Notes: a model not told the origin generated them from the letters alone. A stretch of DNA of 63,244 nt, filler included, from Octopus bimaculoides (GCF_001194135.2; 6 parts of 6 records of this genome joined end to end with filler, not necessarily neighbours in it), one strand, 5' to 3'. Positions 11,516-24,236 are shown, counted from the whole stretch's first letter. Numbers and translations: made by a program.

Positions 11516-12925
11516 ATTTTTATTGTTGTATTATTTATGGTATTTTTATTATACATTTACTATAATGCTTGTAACGGTTGTAATTCGAGGCCATTACGGA
11601 TAATATATTCAGAGGGGCAATAATCTTGAATCTATAATTTTTGGTCTGTTTTAGAATAAATATCATACTTGTTTAATTTAGAACGATCAGTGTTTCGTAT
11701 GATACAAACTAAATTATGTTTAGACGTATAAGAAAGTTTAACGGTGGACTATTTGAATATTTGGTAGTACATGAGTGGAGAATTGTACTTAAGTATTTCA
11801 GAGAACAAGTTAGCAATTTTCGTTGTGAGAGATCTTGCAAATGGAACGTTATACCAAGAAATATTCCGTTTTCTATTTCGTCCGTTGCTATTCAATGTAA
11901 GGTTATTGCTATGAATGAGAAAAGAGTCATTCTTTACCTTAGTAAATGAGTTACAGAGAAGAGTATATTTAGAATGTGCAAATTGAGAATTAGTGTGCTT
12001 ACTAATGTTAATCTTTGAAATACCACAGTCCATTTTAATACTTTTAAATATTGGATTTGAATATTAATTAGAAAAGAATCATATTTCTTGAGGTTGGAAG
12101 AGGCAGTTGGAACGTTGGTTATTATGTTTTCTATTGAATGTAGTATTCTGACTATAATATATAAAAATACAAATATTATTTGTTATGGGTCCAATAGGAA
12201 ATCACAGAATTATTCATAGAATTGGTCGGTGAAGGATTATATGTACCGCTGTAATAAGATATATTCAATATTACATTTTCCGTTTTAGTAAGATTACACT
12301 CAGGGATGATAATTTATATGCTTATCATTTTTAAACTTATCATTAGATAAATATACGCTTCTCATAAGTTTCGTTTTACCCAATTATTTATAAACATTCA
12401 AACTCTTTCCATTTACTGCATTGTGGTTTAATGATAGNNNNNNNNNNNNNNNNNNNNNNNNNNNNNNNNNNNNNNNNNNNNNNNNNNNNNNNNNNNNNNN
12501 NNNNNNNNNNNNNNNNNNNNNNNNNNNNNNNNNNNNNNNNNNNNNNNNNNNNNNNNNNNNNNNNNNNNNNNNNNNNNNNNNNNNNNNNNNNNNNNNNNNN
12601 NNNNNNNNNNNNNNNNNNNNNNNNNNNNNNNNNNNNNNNNNNNNNNNNNNNNNNNNNNNNNNNNNNNNNNNNNNNNNNNNNNNNNNNNNNNNNNNNNNNN
12701 NNNNNNNNNNNNNNNNNNNNNNNNNNNNNNNNNNNNNNNNNNNNNNNNNNNNNNNNNNNNNNNNNNNNNNNNNNNNNNNNNNNNNNNNNNNNNNNNNNNN
12801 NNNNNNNNNNNNNNNNNNNNNNNNNNNNNNNNNNNNNNNNNNNNNNNNNNNNNNNNNNNNNNNNNNNNNNNNNNNNNNNNNNNNNNNNNNNNNNNNNNNN
12901 NNNNNNNNNNNNNNNNNNNNNNNNN

Positions 12926-12961
<36 letters not shown>

Positions 12962-13564
12962 GTGTGTGTGTGTGTGTGTGTACGACGGGTTGCCACTCCA
13001 GCTGCCTCTACAAATTCGTATCACGAAGTATCGGTTAACGAAATAAATTTCAACATGGAAATTTTTCATTTGCAATGAATATTATAAAAGAAATTTGGGA
13101 CAAGGTAGTTTCTTTACAAAATCAAGGTGACGGTCTGAGGAAATTTTCATTTTATAAAGATTTTATTTTCAGGTTTACATTCATTAGAATTCAAAGTAAT
13201 TTTATAGTGAAAGCAAATCAACAAAATTTGTAATTAATAGTTTAATTCAAATTAATTTTGAGACATATGCGTAATATCATTTTATGCTAGTATTAGTAAG
13301 GATAATCAAATTTCTAATTCTAAGAAAGAAAAAGCAAATGAATTTGCGCTAACTGTCAATGAACTGGAAAAGATTAGAAAAAGAGCGACGGCTACTGATT
13401 TAGCGAAATAAAATAAAAAACGAAAGCACAAAAAATTTAAATATCACTTAATATTAGATTTACACACTTAAGATATTAGTGAATACTAAGATGTGCTATT
13501 TCTTGGAGTTGCTGTCGAATTGGTTACCTTTAAAATCGATTACAACCATACCATATGCTATATA

Positions 13565-14852
13565 TCAGGCCATCTCGTAAGTTCTGTCCGAATTTTGAAT
13601 GAAGAAAACATATGATCAAATGTTATATTTAATTGAAATTTAATCATCACTGTACTTTCCCTGATTATCTATGACTTCCTTCCATCTATTTACAAGCTTT
13701 TTAATCCTATCAATGTAAAACTCTTTTGGTTTCAAAGCGACGAACTCTGAAATATCAGTTTCGACCTCCTCCTGACTTGCGAAAGTTATGTCCCCCAAAT
13801 GATTCTGTAAACTGCGAAACAAATGGGAGTCTGAAGGAACAAGGTCGGGAGAATAAGATGGATGAAGAATGTTTTCTCAAATAAGCTCTTGGGTCTTCTG
13901 TGATGTGATCTTTGCAGTGTGGGGTCACGCATTGTCCTGATGAAACATCACACCTTTTCGAATCATTAAAGCGGGTTTTTTTTTCTTCAAAGCTTGGTTC
14001 AAATGCTCTAATTACTGACAGTAGACTTGATCATTGATTGCTGCATTAGGTGGTAACAATTCAAAGTGAATTACTCCTTTGCAATTCCACCAGATAGAGA
14101 GAAGAACGTTTTTTCCCATAAAGTTCCTTTCTCGGTGGTGGTTGAGCTTTTTCCCTTTTACCAATCCGCTGTTTACGACGTTTAACATTTCGATAGAAGA
14201 TCCACTTTTCGTCATCAGTCACAAGTCTATCCAAAAAGGGTGAAATGAGTTCGCGAGAATGGAGAGAAGAGCAGAGGTTAACTTGGGATTTGCGGTTGCT
14301 TTCGGACAATTCATGAGGCACCCATTTCCCAAGTTTAGGAACCTTTCCAAGTTGTTGAAGATGACGATGAACAGTTGTATGGTTTAAACTAAGATTTATT
14401 GCCAATTCTTCAACTGATAATGCAGGAATTTCTTCAAGTAATGTCTGAAGGTGCTTATCATCAAACTCAACTGGATATCCTGTTTGATCTTCACCTTGAA
14501 GGCTGAAATCTCCACTTCTGAATTTTGCAGACCATCTTCTGCAAGTTCTTTCATTCAAGCAGTCTTTCCCATAAACGGAATGTATGTTTCGAGTCGCTTC
14601 GGCTGCAGAGTTTCCTTTTTGTACCCATAAAGCATTATGTGACTCAAATGTTCATTGAATACTTCCATATTAGAAAGGGTCTTAATTCAAGAAATTTTAA
14701 TTCTATTATTCTCTAAAATAATATTTAATTAGTTTAAATGTACACGAATGCATACAAATAATTTTTTAATCCATTAGACATTCTAAAATACTATTAAATT
14801 TCATTCAATTTTTAAAATGGTAAAATCGGACAGAACTTATGGGATGACCTGA
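13565..14852 (-). mobile_element. Full-length mariner (DD34D) transposon, 1288 bp, defective
   Basis: TIRs TCAGGCCATCTCGTAAGTTCTGTCCGA / TCGGACAGAACTTATGGGATGACCTGA, TA on both sides. Confidence 0.97.
13640..14668 (-). pseudogene. Mariner transposase, frameshifted (about 342 codons)
   Basis: Starts MEVFNEHLSHIMLY; has WVPHEL, VTDDEKW, HQDNA and YSPDLVPSDSHLF, ends ...NQGKYSDD*; several frameshifts and stops. Confidence 0.96.
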
Positions 14853-15735
14853 TAGAAAGGACGTTTTAAAATAAAATAAAGTAGGAGATGCAATAAGCCA
14901 ATTTACGATTGTGTTTATTAATTCTATAAATAAAAAGAAACAAGAACCAGGATCACTATAAAAAAACAATAAAAAGAGAACTCGTTTAAAATGTTTCTAC
15001 CATTTGGGAAGCAAAAAAGAATTATTTTCTTTTTACGGTTGAGAATATTTTACTATAAATTGAAATCCTCAGCAGGCGGTGCAATTTGAAGACAATATAA
15101 AAACACCTTTCTACAAAAAGTATATTGCCTAGAATAAATCGTTCTAATCTTGGATGTTTGGACCTCGGATGGGGAATATTTTAAATTGGAATATTTTGAA
15201 AAGTACTTAAATTTATTTAGGATAAATAATACAAGCACAAATGTAGTAAGTAAAATCTAAACGGGCTGATTTATAAAAACTGCGACTCTTCCTAAATCTT
15301 GAAATAGCATTATTTGTTATAAAGCATTATATAGGATTATTTGTTATAAATATATATTGTGAGTGAAAATCATTGTAAATGTACGTTTAAATAAAAATAT
15401 TAAAAACAGCTTGAAAATTAAAATATTAGATAAAGCATTTCCTCTTACTTTCGTGCACAAATCCTCATACAAGTTAATGTGTACAGTGTACAGAAGGGAA
15501 CATAAAAAGCATGCATAAAATTGTGTGACTATTTTATCTATAAGTAAAACAATTTTACGACTTTGTTAACGTTAATCGCGAGAAAAATAACAAGTATTCT
15601 GTGAGGATAAAATGATTACAACTATGTTCTAAGTGAATTTAGTTGATTACTTGTTACACCTGTTGAAATTAACTTTATGCATAGAGAAAACAGATAAAAA
15701 GAAGTTTAATAATGCGTGGTCTAGCATACGAAGTG

Positions 15736-16070
15736 AAGCGCATGGCTCAGTGGTTAGAGCGTCGAGCTTATAATCGTGGGGTTGTGTGTTCGAATCCCGG
15801 ACCGGGTTGCGTGTTGTGTTCTTGAGCAAGACACTTTATTTCACGTTGCTCTAGTTCACGCAGCTGTAGAAATGAGTTGCGACGTCACAGGTGCCAAGCT
15901 GTATCGGCCTTTACCTTTCGTTTGGATTACACTGGTGGCGTGGAGAGGGGAAGCCGGTATGCATGGATGACTGGTGGTATTCCATAAACAACCTTGCCCG
16001 GACTTGTACTTGGGAGGGTAGCTTTCTAAGTGCAATCTCATGGTCAGTCATGACCGAAGGGGGTCTCAGC
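15736..16070 (+). mobile_element. Full-length tRNA-derived CORE-like SINE (family C) with TSD
   Basis: A box TGGCTCAGTGG, B box GTTCGAATCC, TTGAGCAAGACACT core-like motif; AGCATACGAA duplicated at 15723-15732 and 16071-16080. Confidence 0.9.
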
Positions 16071-17226
16071 AGCATACGAAAGTTCTTCTATGCCAGTGAT
16101 TTTAAATCATTTGTACACATATGGGCCTCTTTGATTCCCGTTTTATTTTCCTAGACCCCAATAGCTATGTGTTGTTTAAAAAACACATTATATTTTTATA
16201 ATTAAATATTATTAGGAAGTGTATAAAAAAAACTGTCAAAATATTTTATTGTAGAAGAATACCCAGTTTACTGAAGTTTAGCAATAAAATCTTATGTGGG
16301 CCCCCAAGAGTCATAGGAACCCCGGTTCTATGTGGTGATGCGACCTACTAGAAATGGCAATGAATTCACCCTTAATTAATAACATAGGGCTTGTAAAATG
16401 TGTACTTTTCGATATAGGTATAAGAAGGCCTGCCATGGCTTGAAAGCGTTTATTCAGAGACCTCTTCAGAAACAAGGTTAAACAATAACAACAGCATCTA
16501 TATTTTAGGTCGACCGGTTACAAATAACAGCACAATTGCTTTCAAATGGAACTTAACCCTCTTAAGAATGCAAGAACTCCTTAGAAAAGGTAATCCTAGA
16601 TATTAAAATAAAACGAAATTGTCACGGCTGGAACATCTTTATTCATAAATATGCTCGATCGAGTCAGACCTGTGGGTAAACAACAACATATTAATCAACA
16701 ATTCTGTAGTATTTGTAACTAGTACAAAACTCAATGGTTCTTTCAAAACATCTGGATTATGATGTCAGACATAAAACACGTCTCTGTGAATCAAGAACAC
16801 ACTCTGAACTTTTAGATGACCTTTGACGGTTTCTAACTCTATTGCGAGCAGTCAGATCAGGCACACTGTCATGTAAACTTCCGTGTCTGTTTAAGACATA
16901 CTAAGGAGGTCATTGACACCTTCCTCCTATTTTCCATTCAAACAAAAGTCAAGTATAACCTTCACACCGTTCTAATTTTAGTGTTTGGCATTCTGCATCA
17001 CATCATACTTGATACAGCACACTCTATACTAAAAATAACATTTTTTCTTTCAGTCAATGATTCTTTATATAACCTACATGTTTATTGTCACTGCAAAGAG
17101 TTGTTGTTTTTGCTGTATGTACCCACCTTAACTTTGACCTAGGTGACCTGAGATCAGAGACCTTTTAGCCATTAACATTTTGATATTTGATTACTTTTCT
17201 TTTCAATGCATCTGGGACTCATACGA

Positions 17227-17360
17227 AGGTTTGTGGTTCGGTGGTCAAGTTGTTATCTTACGATCATAAGCTCGTGGGTTTGATTCCTGGACCAGGCGGC
17301 ATTGTCATCTTGAGCAAGGCGCTACATTTTATGTTGCTTTAAGTATACTAAGCTGAAAAT
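17227..17360 (+). mobile_element. Diverged tRNA-head SINE fragment (C/F type)
   Basis: GGTTTGATTCC B-box-like motif and TTGAGCAAGG. Confidence 0.55.
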
Positions 17361-17739
17361 GTATACAAACTGGCTGCTGGTGTAGCTCCATCTCTCTCAC
17401 ATCGTCTGGCTCAATATTATTTATCTGCTCGCGACAACTTAGACATTTAAAACAACTAACGAAAGCGTAAAACAAGCTACCAGCCATACTTGCAAGTGAT
17501 GGGCGGCTTAGTGTATTCAAATATCCGATAGCTTATTTTTTTTAAAGACATGAGCGCGCAATTTATCATCCACACTACTGAAAAAGCCATGTCAGCCTTT
17601 CTACAGTCAACGGGTAAGTCCATGGTATATATATTTCTCTGTTTTCCCCGACATATTTTCATTTCTCCAATTTTCTTCTCATACGTTTATTAAGCTTAAT
17701 CTCTTACCCCCTTATGCACTTGAGAAGTTTATTGGTGAC

Positions 17740-18012
17740 TTCTACGTCTGTAAAGAATTTGACGTTTTGTTATTTGATCCTTATAGGACACCTTCGACAT
17801 TCGTCTGAGGAACTACTTCTCAGCTGCATTGATAAGCACTTACACTTGTTTGATGATGTTCCAGGATACACTGAGAGCTTATTACTTTCTGCAAATAAGA
17901 AGCGTATATAACCAAGACTTCAACGTTTGCTATTTGATCCTCAGCATTCGTCTCAGAAACTAACTCTCTGCAGCATTGATAAGCTTTTGCACTTGCTCGA
18001 TGATATTCCATT
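17740..18012 (-). mobile_element. Old RTE-clade LINE ORF fragment, partly tandem-duplicated
   Basis: Minus frame WNIIKQV*VLINAAEK*FLRRMSKVSYKDQIT, and a second copy WNIIEQVQKLINAAES*FLRRMLRI about 160 bp away; resembles the RTE C-terminal A.EMWFLRRML.ISW.D motif. Confidence 0.6.
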
Positions 18013-18504
18013 AGCAATTAAGAAACATGTGTAACGAAGAGACATTGCTATAGCCCTGTTGATCTCATTCCGAGCATGCAATTATCTGCCATGTATCGCA
18101 TGTAATATACCCATAATTAAACGGATGATAGCTACACTTTCAAGTCTTTGAGCAAAACAGGATGAAATATCAAGAAAAGTCAACTGAAAAAATCGCTATT
18201 AGTATGACTTGTTATCAAATAATATTTGATATACTGTTGTACTAGTAATTAATTAGTCTAAATGATTTTTCGGGAACATATGTATGCTTCAGTATTTAGA
18301 AATTAATATAAAATTTTATTGAAAGTGATATATGTGTAATGAAACTACAGATTATTTCACGAGAATTGTAAGTTTTCATTAATAACGACATTAACGGTAC
18401 ATTAGGTTATGAACTAGTAACGTAATGTGCTTTCCATTAAATAAAATTGCTTGCATAATGTATATTCAATTATTCAAAGGGGGCAGAATTCATTTAGCGA
18501 GTGC

Positions 18505-18545
<41 letters not shown>

Positions 18546-18547
18546 TA

Positions 18548-18707
18548 GTATATTGCCACTTAAGTGTGGCTGACCCCTAGGGGTGGATGTTACTGTTGCT
18601 TTTAGCCCCAGGAGGACATCTCCTCCAGCTGGCTTATCGACACACGACTGTGTCCTGTTTGCCAAGGGAGTTATCCCTCTCACCACGGCCAGCAGCACGA
18701 ACGTATC
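18548..18707 (-). mobile_element. Second, diverged copy of the 3104-3642 element (runs into a gap)
   Basis: GTATATTGCCACTTAAGTGTGGCTGACCCCTAGGGGTGGATG...CTCCTCCAGCTGGCT aligns to 3109-3240. Confidence 0.85.
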
Positions 18708-18807
18708 NNNNNNNNNNNNNNNNNNNNNNNNNNNNNNNNNNNNNNNNNNNNTTAATTAATTAANNNNNNNNNNNNNNNNNNNNNNNNNNNNNNNNNNNNN
18801 NNNNNNN
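18708..18807. other. Artificial 100-bp scaffold pad (44N-TTAATTAATTAA-44N); also at 41517-41616, 48938-49037, 53739-53838 and 60284-60383
   Basis: Identical geometry five times; the 12-mer has stop codons in all six frames. Confidence 0.97.
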
Positions 18808-19462
18808 CACTCATAAACATACATGTAATGTAATGTGTGTTTATAATATATTTATTTTTGTAATCATCATACAATGTAGTTAATGCCTATTGTTATATTA
18901 ACTGGTGTTACCTCTCTCTCATATGGATGGTAAATTTGGAAGTATATTTTTGCCACCATGGGTGGTAATATCAGGAAATATGGCATACATAAATACATTT
19001 TTACTTTTATCAAATTTCTTCGGGCAGGAACAAAATGGTGAAATGAAAACTAATCGCCAAAAGGAAACTATCCATTACCTTAAAACCAAATTACTCATTT
19101 GTGTAACTCCTTGCATAACTGCCCTCCCATTTATGCCTCCTCCTCCTCCTCTTCCTCTTAAATTCTTTCTCACTGTGTTTGTGTAGCATTCTTTCACTTA
19201 ATGCCTGCCACCAAGCCTAGTATGAGCTTTCATCCTATACCTCTTATGTTAACTCTCTTTGTATCTCCCATTTATCTTCTCTACATGTGATATAAAGCAT
19301 AACTGGAGAAACCAACCAACATATAGACTATTTTTTTATTATAAATTCTCCATTTTAATTTTTTGTTTTCATATTCTTTTTAAAATCTATAAATTATTGT
19401 CAAATTATCAGCACATAACACCACCACACCATACAACTCCTGAATTCTTAAAATTGCTGACT

Positions 19463-20290
19463 CATCATCATCATCATTTAACATCCATTTTCCATGCTGG
19501 TATGGGTTGGACATTTTGACAGGAGCTGGCAAAGTGAGACGCTGTTCCTGGTTCCATTCTCTGTTTTGGCACAGTTTCTACTGCCGGATGCCCTTCCTAA
19601 TGCCAACCACTTTACAGAGTGCCTTGGATGCTTTTTACTTGCCATCAACATTAGTGCTTTATATGTGGCACCAGCAAGGGTGTCTTTTATGTGGCTTTTT
19701 TTTTTACACGACACTATCACCAGTGCTTTTTAAGTGGCGCCAGCATGGGTGCTTTATATGTGACACCATCACCAGCAGCGCTGGATTAACCATTTAGCAT
19801 AATAAGCACATGCTTAGGGCATCAAGGGAAGAGGGGGGGCACCACAAAAATAGTAAATGGTTTACTGCACAAAAGAAATCACTTTAAACTTGCTAAAATA
19901 ATATTTGTGATGCCTTTGTCTCTGCTAAGTATAGATGAAGATGTGTTACCTAAGATTAATTTTGAGGATCTGATCAAAGACTTTGCGATTAAAAAAAGTA
20001 GGAGGAAACTTTTCAAATATAAATAAAGTGGAATTAAACAAAAATAAACATTATTTTCCCTCTTACTGTTAGTTTTGTTTTGAAAAATGAAAATTTATTT
20101 TATGGTTTGTTATTGTTTATATTTTGAATTACATAACCTTTTATGGGGGAACCAAAATCATTTAAATGCTTAGGGCCTTGATGGAGCTTAATCCGGTCCT
20201 GAACACCAGTGCCCTTTATATGGCACCAGCGCTGGTGCTTTCTTCATGACACCAATGTCAGTGCTTTTTACATAGCACCAGTACCTATTC
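19463..20290 (-). mobile_element. RTE 3'-end-derived repeat (family D) with short tandem units, interrupted by a hAT element
   Basis: (CAT)n-TTTAACATCCATTTTCCATGCTGG...GGATGCCCTTCCTAATGCCAACC; repeated GTGCTTT(T)ATATGTGGCACCAGC. Confidence 0.8.
19776..20201 (+). mobile_element. Non-autonomous hAT (Tip100-like) deletion derivative, 426 bp
   Basis: TIRs CAGCGCTGGATTAA / TTAATCCGGTCCTG; 8-bp TSD ATCACCAG / AACACCAG; retains the transposase C-terminus LSLLSIDEDVLPKINFEDLIKDFAIKKSRRK (19910-20026). Confidence 0.9.
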
Positions 20291-20596
20291 AATATTTGAA
20301 TAATTTAGTTTTACACCAACAAAATATAAAATGCATTAACTGCAACAACAACAACACCAACAAGATCTTCGACAGAAAATTGAGTGAGTGGTGTCTGTGG
20401 TGAATGTAACAGAACTCACTCGAAAGTAATGTCATCTTGTTCAGCCAATGTTAGAGTTTCCAGAAAGTCGGCCAGCCTTGAAATTCTTGATTCGCACCAG
20501 TGATCTCAATGTTATGTCCAGTATAGACACAGTCCAGTGGCTGGACAAGTGTTATATGTGTTAAGTCAGGCAAACATAAACAAAATATATGGAGAG

Positions 20597-21015
20597 CTAA
20601 CATACATTCATACACACACATACATACATTCGTACACACAAACATACATTCGTATACACATACATTCACATACACATACATTCACTCACACACATATACA
20701 TACATTCATACACACATACATATATCATAAACACACATACATACATTCATACACACATACATTCACATACACATACATTCACTCACACACACATACATAC
20801 ATTCACATACACATACATACACTCATACACATTCATACACACATACATACGCACAACACACAGACACACACACACACACACACCCACACATCACACACAA
20901 GTGTGCATATGCATGTGTGTATATATATGTTTATATGTATGTGTTCATATGTATCTGTCTATGTACATGTGTATGTGTGCGTGGTGCATTTGTGTGTGTG
21001 TGTGTGTGTGTGTAT
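20597..21015. repeat. Degenerate (CA)/(CATA)/(TG) low-complexity tract
   Basis: Read directly. Confidence 0.95.
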
Positions 21016-21024
21016 AGTAGATGT

Positions 21025-21400
21025 AAACATGGTTGTATAGTTAAGAAATTTGCTTTCCATGTACATGGCTTTAAGTTCAGTCCCACTGTGTAGACTTTAG
21101 TCAAGTATCTTATCCAAAGCTTTGCAAGCGGATTTCTTGGAAACTGAAAGAAGCCCAAAGTGTGTGTGTGTGTGTGTGTGCATGTCTCCTGGTCTTGATA
21201 TTGTGGGCTTAGATGTAAATGGGTGTCACCATTTGTTTCCAGTATTCTGTGAAAACAAATTCATGTCTGGCCATGGGGAAATATTATCTTATTTGGAAAC
21301 AGTTGAGGGTTGGTAACAGGAAGGGCATCCATGTGTAGAAAATCTACCTCAAGGAATCTAACGCCATACAAACATGAAAAAGTGGATGGTCATGATGAGG
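21025..21400 (+). mobile_element. SINE family G (A-type head with RTE-like tail)
   Basis: GTTCAGTCCCACTG head, (TG)n, tail GGAAGGGCATCC...CATGAAAAAGTGG. Confidence 0.75.
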
Positions 21401-21504
21401 ATAGCCTTATGTGCGTGTGTGTTTGTGTCTGTTTGTGTCTCCTTGTCTCAACATTGTGTAGTAGTAGTAGTAGTAGTAGTAGTAGCAGTAGCAGCAGCAG
21501 CAGC

Positions 21505-21715
21505 ATGGGGGCATATGCTGGACGAAATGCTTAGCAGTATTTCATCTGTCGTTCTGAGTTCAAATTCCGCTGAGGTCGACTTTGCCTTTTATCCTTTCAG
21601 GGTCGATAAAATTAAGTACCAGTTGCATACTGGGGTTGAACTAATCGACTTAATCCCCTTGTCTGTTCTTGTTTGTCCCCTCTATGTTTAGCCTTCTGTG
21701 GGCAATAAAGAAATA
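21505..21715 (+). mobile_element. SINE family B
   Basis: GAGTTCAAATTCCGCTGAGGTCGACTTTGCC. Confidence 0.88.
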
Positions 21716-21739
21716 AATATGAGTTGGATCATCATATTT

Positions 21740-22140
21740 CATTACCACATTCACTTTTCCATGCTTGGAATTTACTGAGGCAGATTTTCTGTGATTGGAT
21801 GCTTTTCCTGTTGCCAACCCTCACCTGTTTCCAGACAACATATTTCCCATTGCCAAACAAGTTTTCCATGGAAGACAGGAAAAGAACAACATTGCTTGCA
21901 TGACGGTGATGCTCGTTTACAGCAATCGCGATGTCTAGGCAAGACTACACACAAACAGACACACATACATACACACATACACACACACAGCAGGTTTCTT
22001 TCACTTTCTAGTTATCAAATCTGCTCTCAAGACTTTGGTTGGTCGAGAGCTAGAGTTCTACTCTAGCTCTTGCCCCCAAGGTGCCCTGCAGTGGGACTGA
22101 ATCCAAGACCACATGATTAGGAAGCAAGCTTCTTACCCGA
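21740..22140 (-). mobile_element. SINE family G
   Basis: Reverse complement of 21025-21400. Confidence 0.75.
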
Positions 22141-22412
22141 AATTCCAAGCAGTGTTCTGTCATGACTCAATTAACCAAAGCATGATCCCCACTGAATTTT
22201 TACCAAACATCAGTTCAGTAATAAGTTATAATCGTTGCATGTCTTTGAGGAATCGTTGTATGTCTTGGATAAAACATCTGTGTTTGGCTCAAACGAAAAT
22301 CAATTTGATTTTGTTGTAAAGCTGGTTTCCATAATGATTAAGATATTTTAAAAATAGAGCTAAAAGATTATTGTTATATCATTTTATATTATTTTAAATT
22401 TTATTAAATGTC

Positions 22413-23150
22413 ATTACCCTGTGCGTGTAAGCGAAAGCAAGGGTATTGTAATCACAAGTCTTTGTTTGTTTGTGTGTTTGCGAAATTACTGGAAAACTGC
22501 TGAATGGATTTTTACCAAATTTGGCAGAAATACTCATTGGGTGAGTGGCTCAAAATGGTGAACATTTGGTTTGATTATCTTCAAACATACATAAATACAG
22601 ACATAGATATGCAAATGTGTGTGTGTGTGTGTGTGTGCAGTGATGGATGTGAGGATTTCGTTTATTTACAAGCTGATTTCTTAATTTCACTGGAGTATAA
22701 ACGCCTATAATGGTGAAACACTTCTTAAATTCTATGCAATATTTTCTCTAAGTATTTCATTTTGTTCACTTTATTTTTCATAAGAATCAACCCTCGTCTG
22801 CATGTGTATAGATCATGGTGTACCTATGCACATAGACACATGTGGGTCTATACATACATACATACATACATACATACATACATACATAAATACAGACATA
22901 GATATGCAACTGTGTGTGTGTGTGTGTGTACAGTGATTGATTCGAGGGCTTCGTTTACGAGTTCGTTTCTTGATTTCATCAGAGTATAAATACCTATAAT
23001 GGTAATTTTTAAAAAACAATTTTTTAAAAATTAATTCAGTTCAATTAAAAAGCATGGTTAAGCAAAGCATTGTAAGCCACGCCCTAATTAGTGAAAAAAA
23101 TTGTCTGCGTGCAGGGTATACATTGCCCCCCCCCCCCGATGCCTGTTTTC
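22413..23150 (+). mobile_element. Helentron-associated non-autonomous element (HINE/DINE-like) with internal ~295-bp-period duplication
   Basis: 5' ATTACCCTG...GCAAGGGTAT palindrome, (GTTT)n, CCAAATTTGGC; 3' GCAGGGTAT sub-TIR followed by a short stem-loop; 22587-22720 is repeated at 22881-23005. Confidence 0.6.
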
Positions 23151-23204
23151 TTTCATTTAATAATATAATTTGTTTGTTTAAAATTTGTTGGTAAGATACA
23201 GGCA

Positions 23205-23330
23205 TGGCTGATTGGTTAAGATGTTGGCTTCATGACCATGTGGTTTCAGGTTCAATCCTGACATGCTGTATTTTGTGCAAGTGTCTTCTCATATAACCCT
23301 GAGCCAACCAATGATGGAAACTGCCAAAGT
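23205..23330 (+). mobile_element. SINE family A head
   Basis: CCATGTGGTTTCAGGTTCAATCC...GCAAGTGTCTTC. Confidence 0.7.
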
Positions 23331-23357
23331 TCCTCCTCCTCCTCCTCATCATCTTCA

Positions 23358-23632
23358 TCATGAAAAAGGTGGTAGTGGTACCAATAATTGTCGGAGTCCT
23401 GGGAACAGTGAGTAAAAATCTCGAGAAGTACATGGAACAAATAGGGGCTGCAATAAGGATGGAGCACTTGCAGGAAACAGCACTGCTTGGAACCACTCGA
23501 ATACTCTGGAAAGTGCTCAAAAAACTAATGGATGTTACCTTAGTTCACTGGTAGTGAACAGCTGGCACTGTAGTACATCTCCAGCGTTAGAAGCTGTGCA
23601 AAGGTAACAAAAATAATAATAATAATAATAAT
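23358..23632 (+). mobile_element. 3' end of an R4/Dong-type (RLE) LINE with (AAT)n tail
   Basis: VVVVPIIVGVLGTVSKNLEKYMEQIG...LQETALLGTTRILWKVL is the typical RLE-LINE C-terminus. Confidence 0.88.
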
Positions 23633-23633
23633 A

Positions 23634-23775
23634 GGAGCACTCGGAGAGTGCAAGTCTCTGCCAAGGCAACACCAACATCCTCTCAACGATTAGCCAGAGA
23701 TGGTTTTTAAAATGAGAATATCTGAAATAAACTCGACTGCTCTCACAAACAAAAATACTAAAAATGAACCCAATC
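23634..23775 (-). mobile_element. 3' fragment of the HINE-like family of 24237-25218
   Basis: Reverse complement of 24460-24495 joined to 25093-25218, without the MITE. Confidence 0.85.
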
Positions 23776-23804
23776 TATTTCAAATGGAAAAATAATTCAT
23801 ATGG

Positions 23805-24012
23805 CTATCAACTACTTGTAGTTTTTCCCCTGGAATGTGGCAGAAGTTGTTCTCTGCACATTTTCAGTGTTTATTACCCCTGTGCATCTGCCACACACGA
23901 AAACTATCTTCCAGGTTAACCTTCCTTTGATATTGCTGCACCTTTTATGTGTCCATAGCTTACACTGGATACATCTTAAGGAGTTTCTACCTATACCTTT
24001 TCTCCAGATCAA
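23805..24012 (-). mobile_element. RTE LINE ORF fragment with a PHD-like Cys/His cluster
   Basis: RKGIGRNSLRCIQCKLWTHKRCSNIKGRLTWKIVFVCGRC...FQG, ending where the GEKLEVVDSF of 41616-41978 begins. Confidence 0.75.
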
Positions 24013-24236
24013 GCTAGGCTATCTACCTGAAGGGATTTGTGGTTTGTCTGCCTTCATACTTATTAAGACACCGGTTTTTGCTAGGTTGACTCTAAGGCTG
24101 GTTATTTCAATATGGTAACAAAAGGGTTAAAGTGATCTAAACCAAAACCTTCCAACAAGATTTCATGTTAATTTATGTTCAAAACCCCATCTTAACCTTT
24201 TAGTATTCAAGCTATTTTGTCAAATGTGATGCTTAT

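Noticed and set aside
15736-15810. tRNA gene
   Set aside because: A and B boxes are present but no acceptor or anticodon stem closes, and it continues into a SINE body with a TSD.
18752-18763. TTAATTAATTAA palindrome recurring five times inside N runs
   Set aside because: Always 44N+12+44N = 100 bp with stops in six frames: an assembly spacer, not biology.
20447-20545. Protein-like frame PMLEFPESRPALKFLIRTSD… and ILDSH…NVM similarity to GALNT FLDSHCEVN
   Set aside because: Needs a frameshift and loss of invariant residues, and has no proper donor; likely chance.
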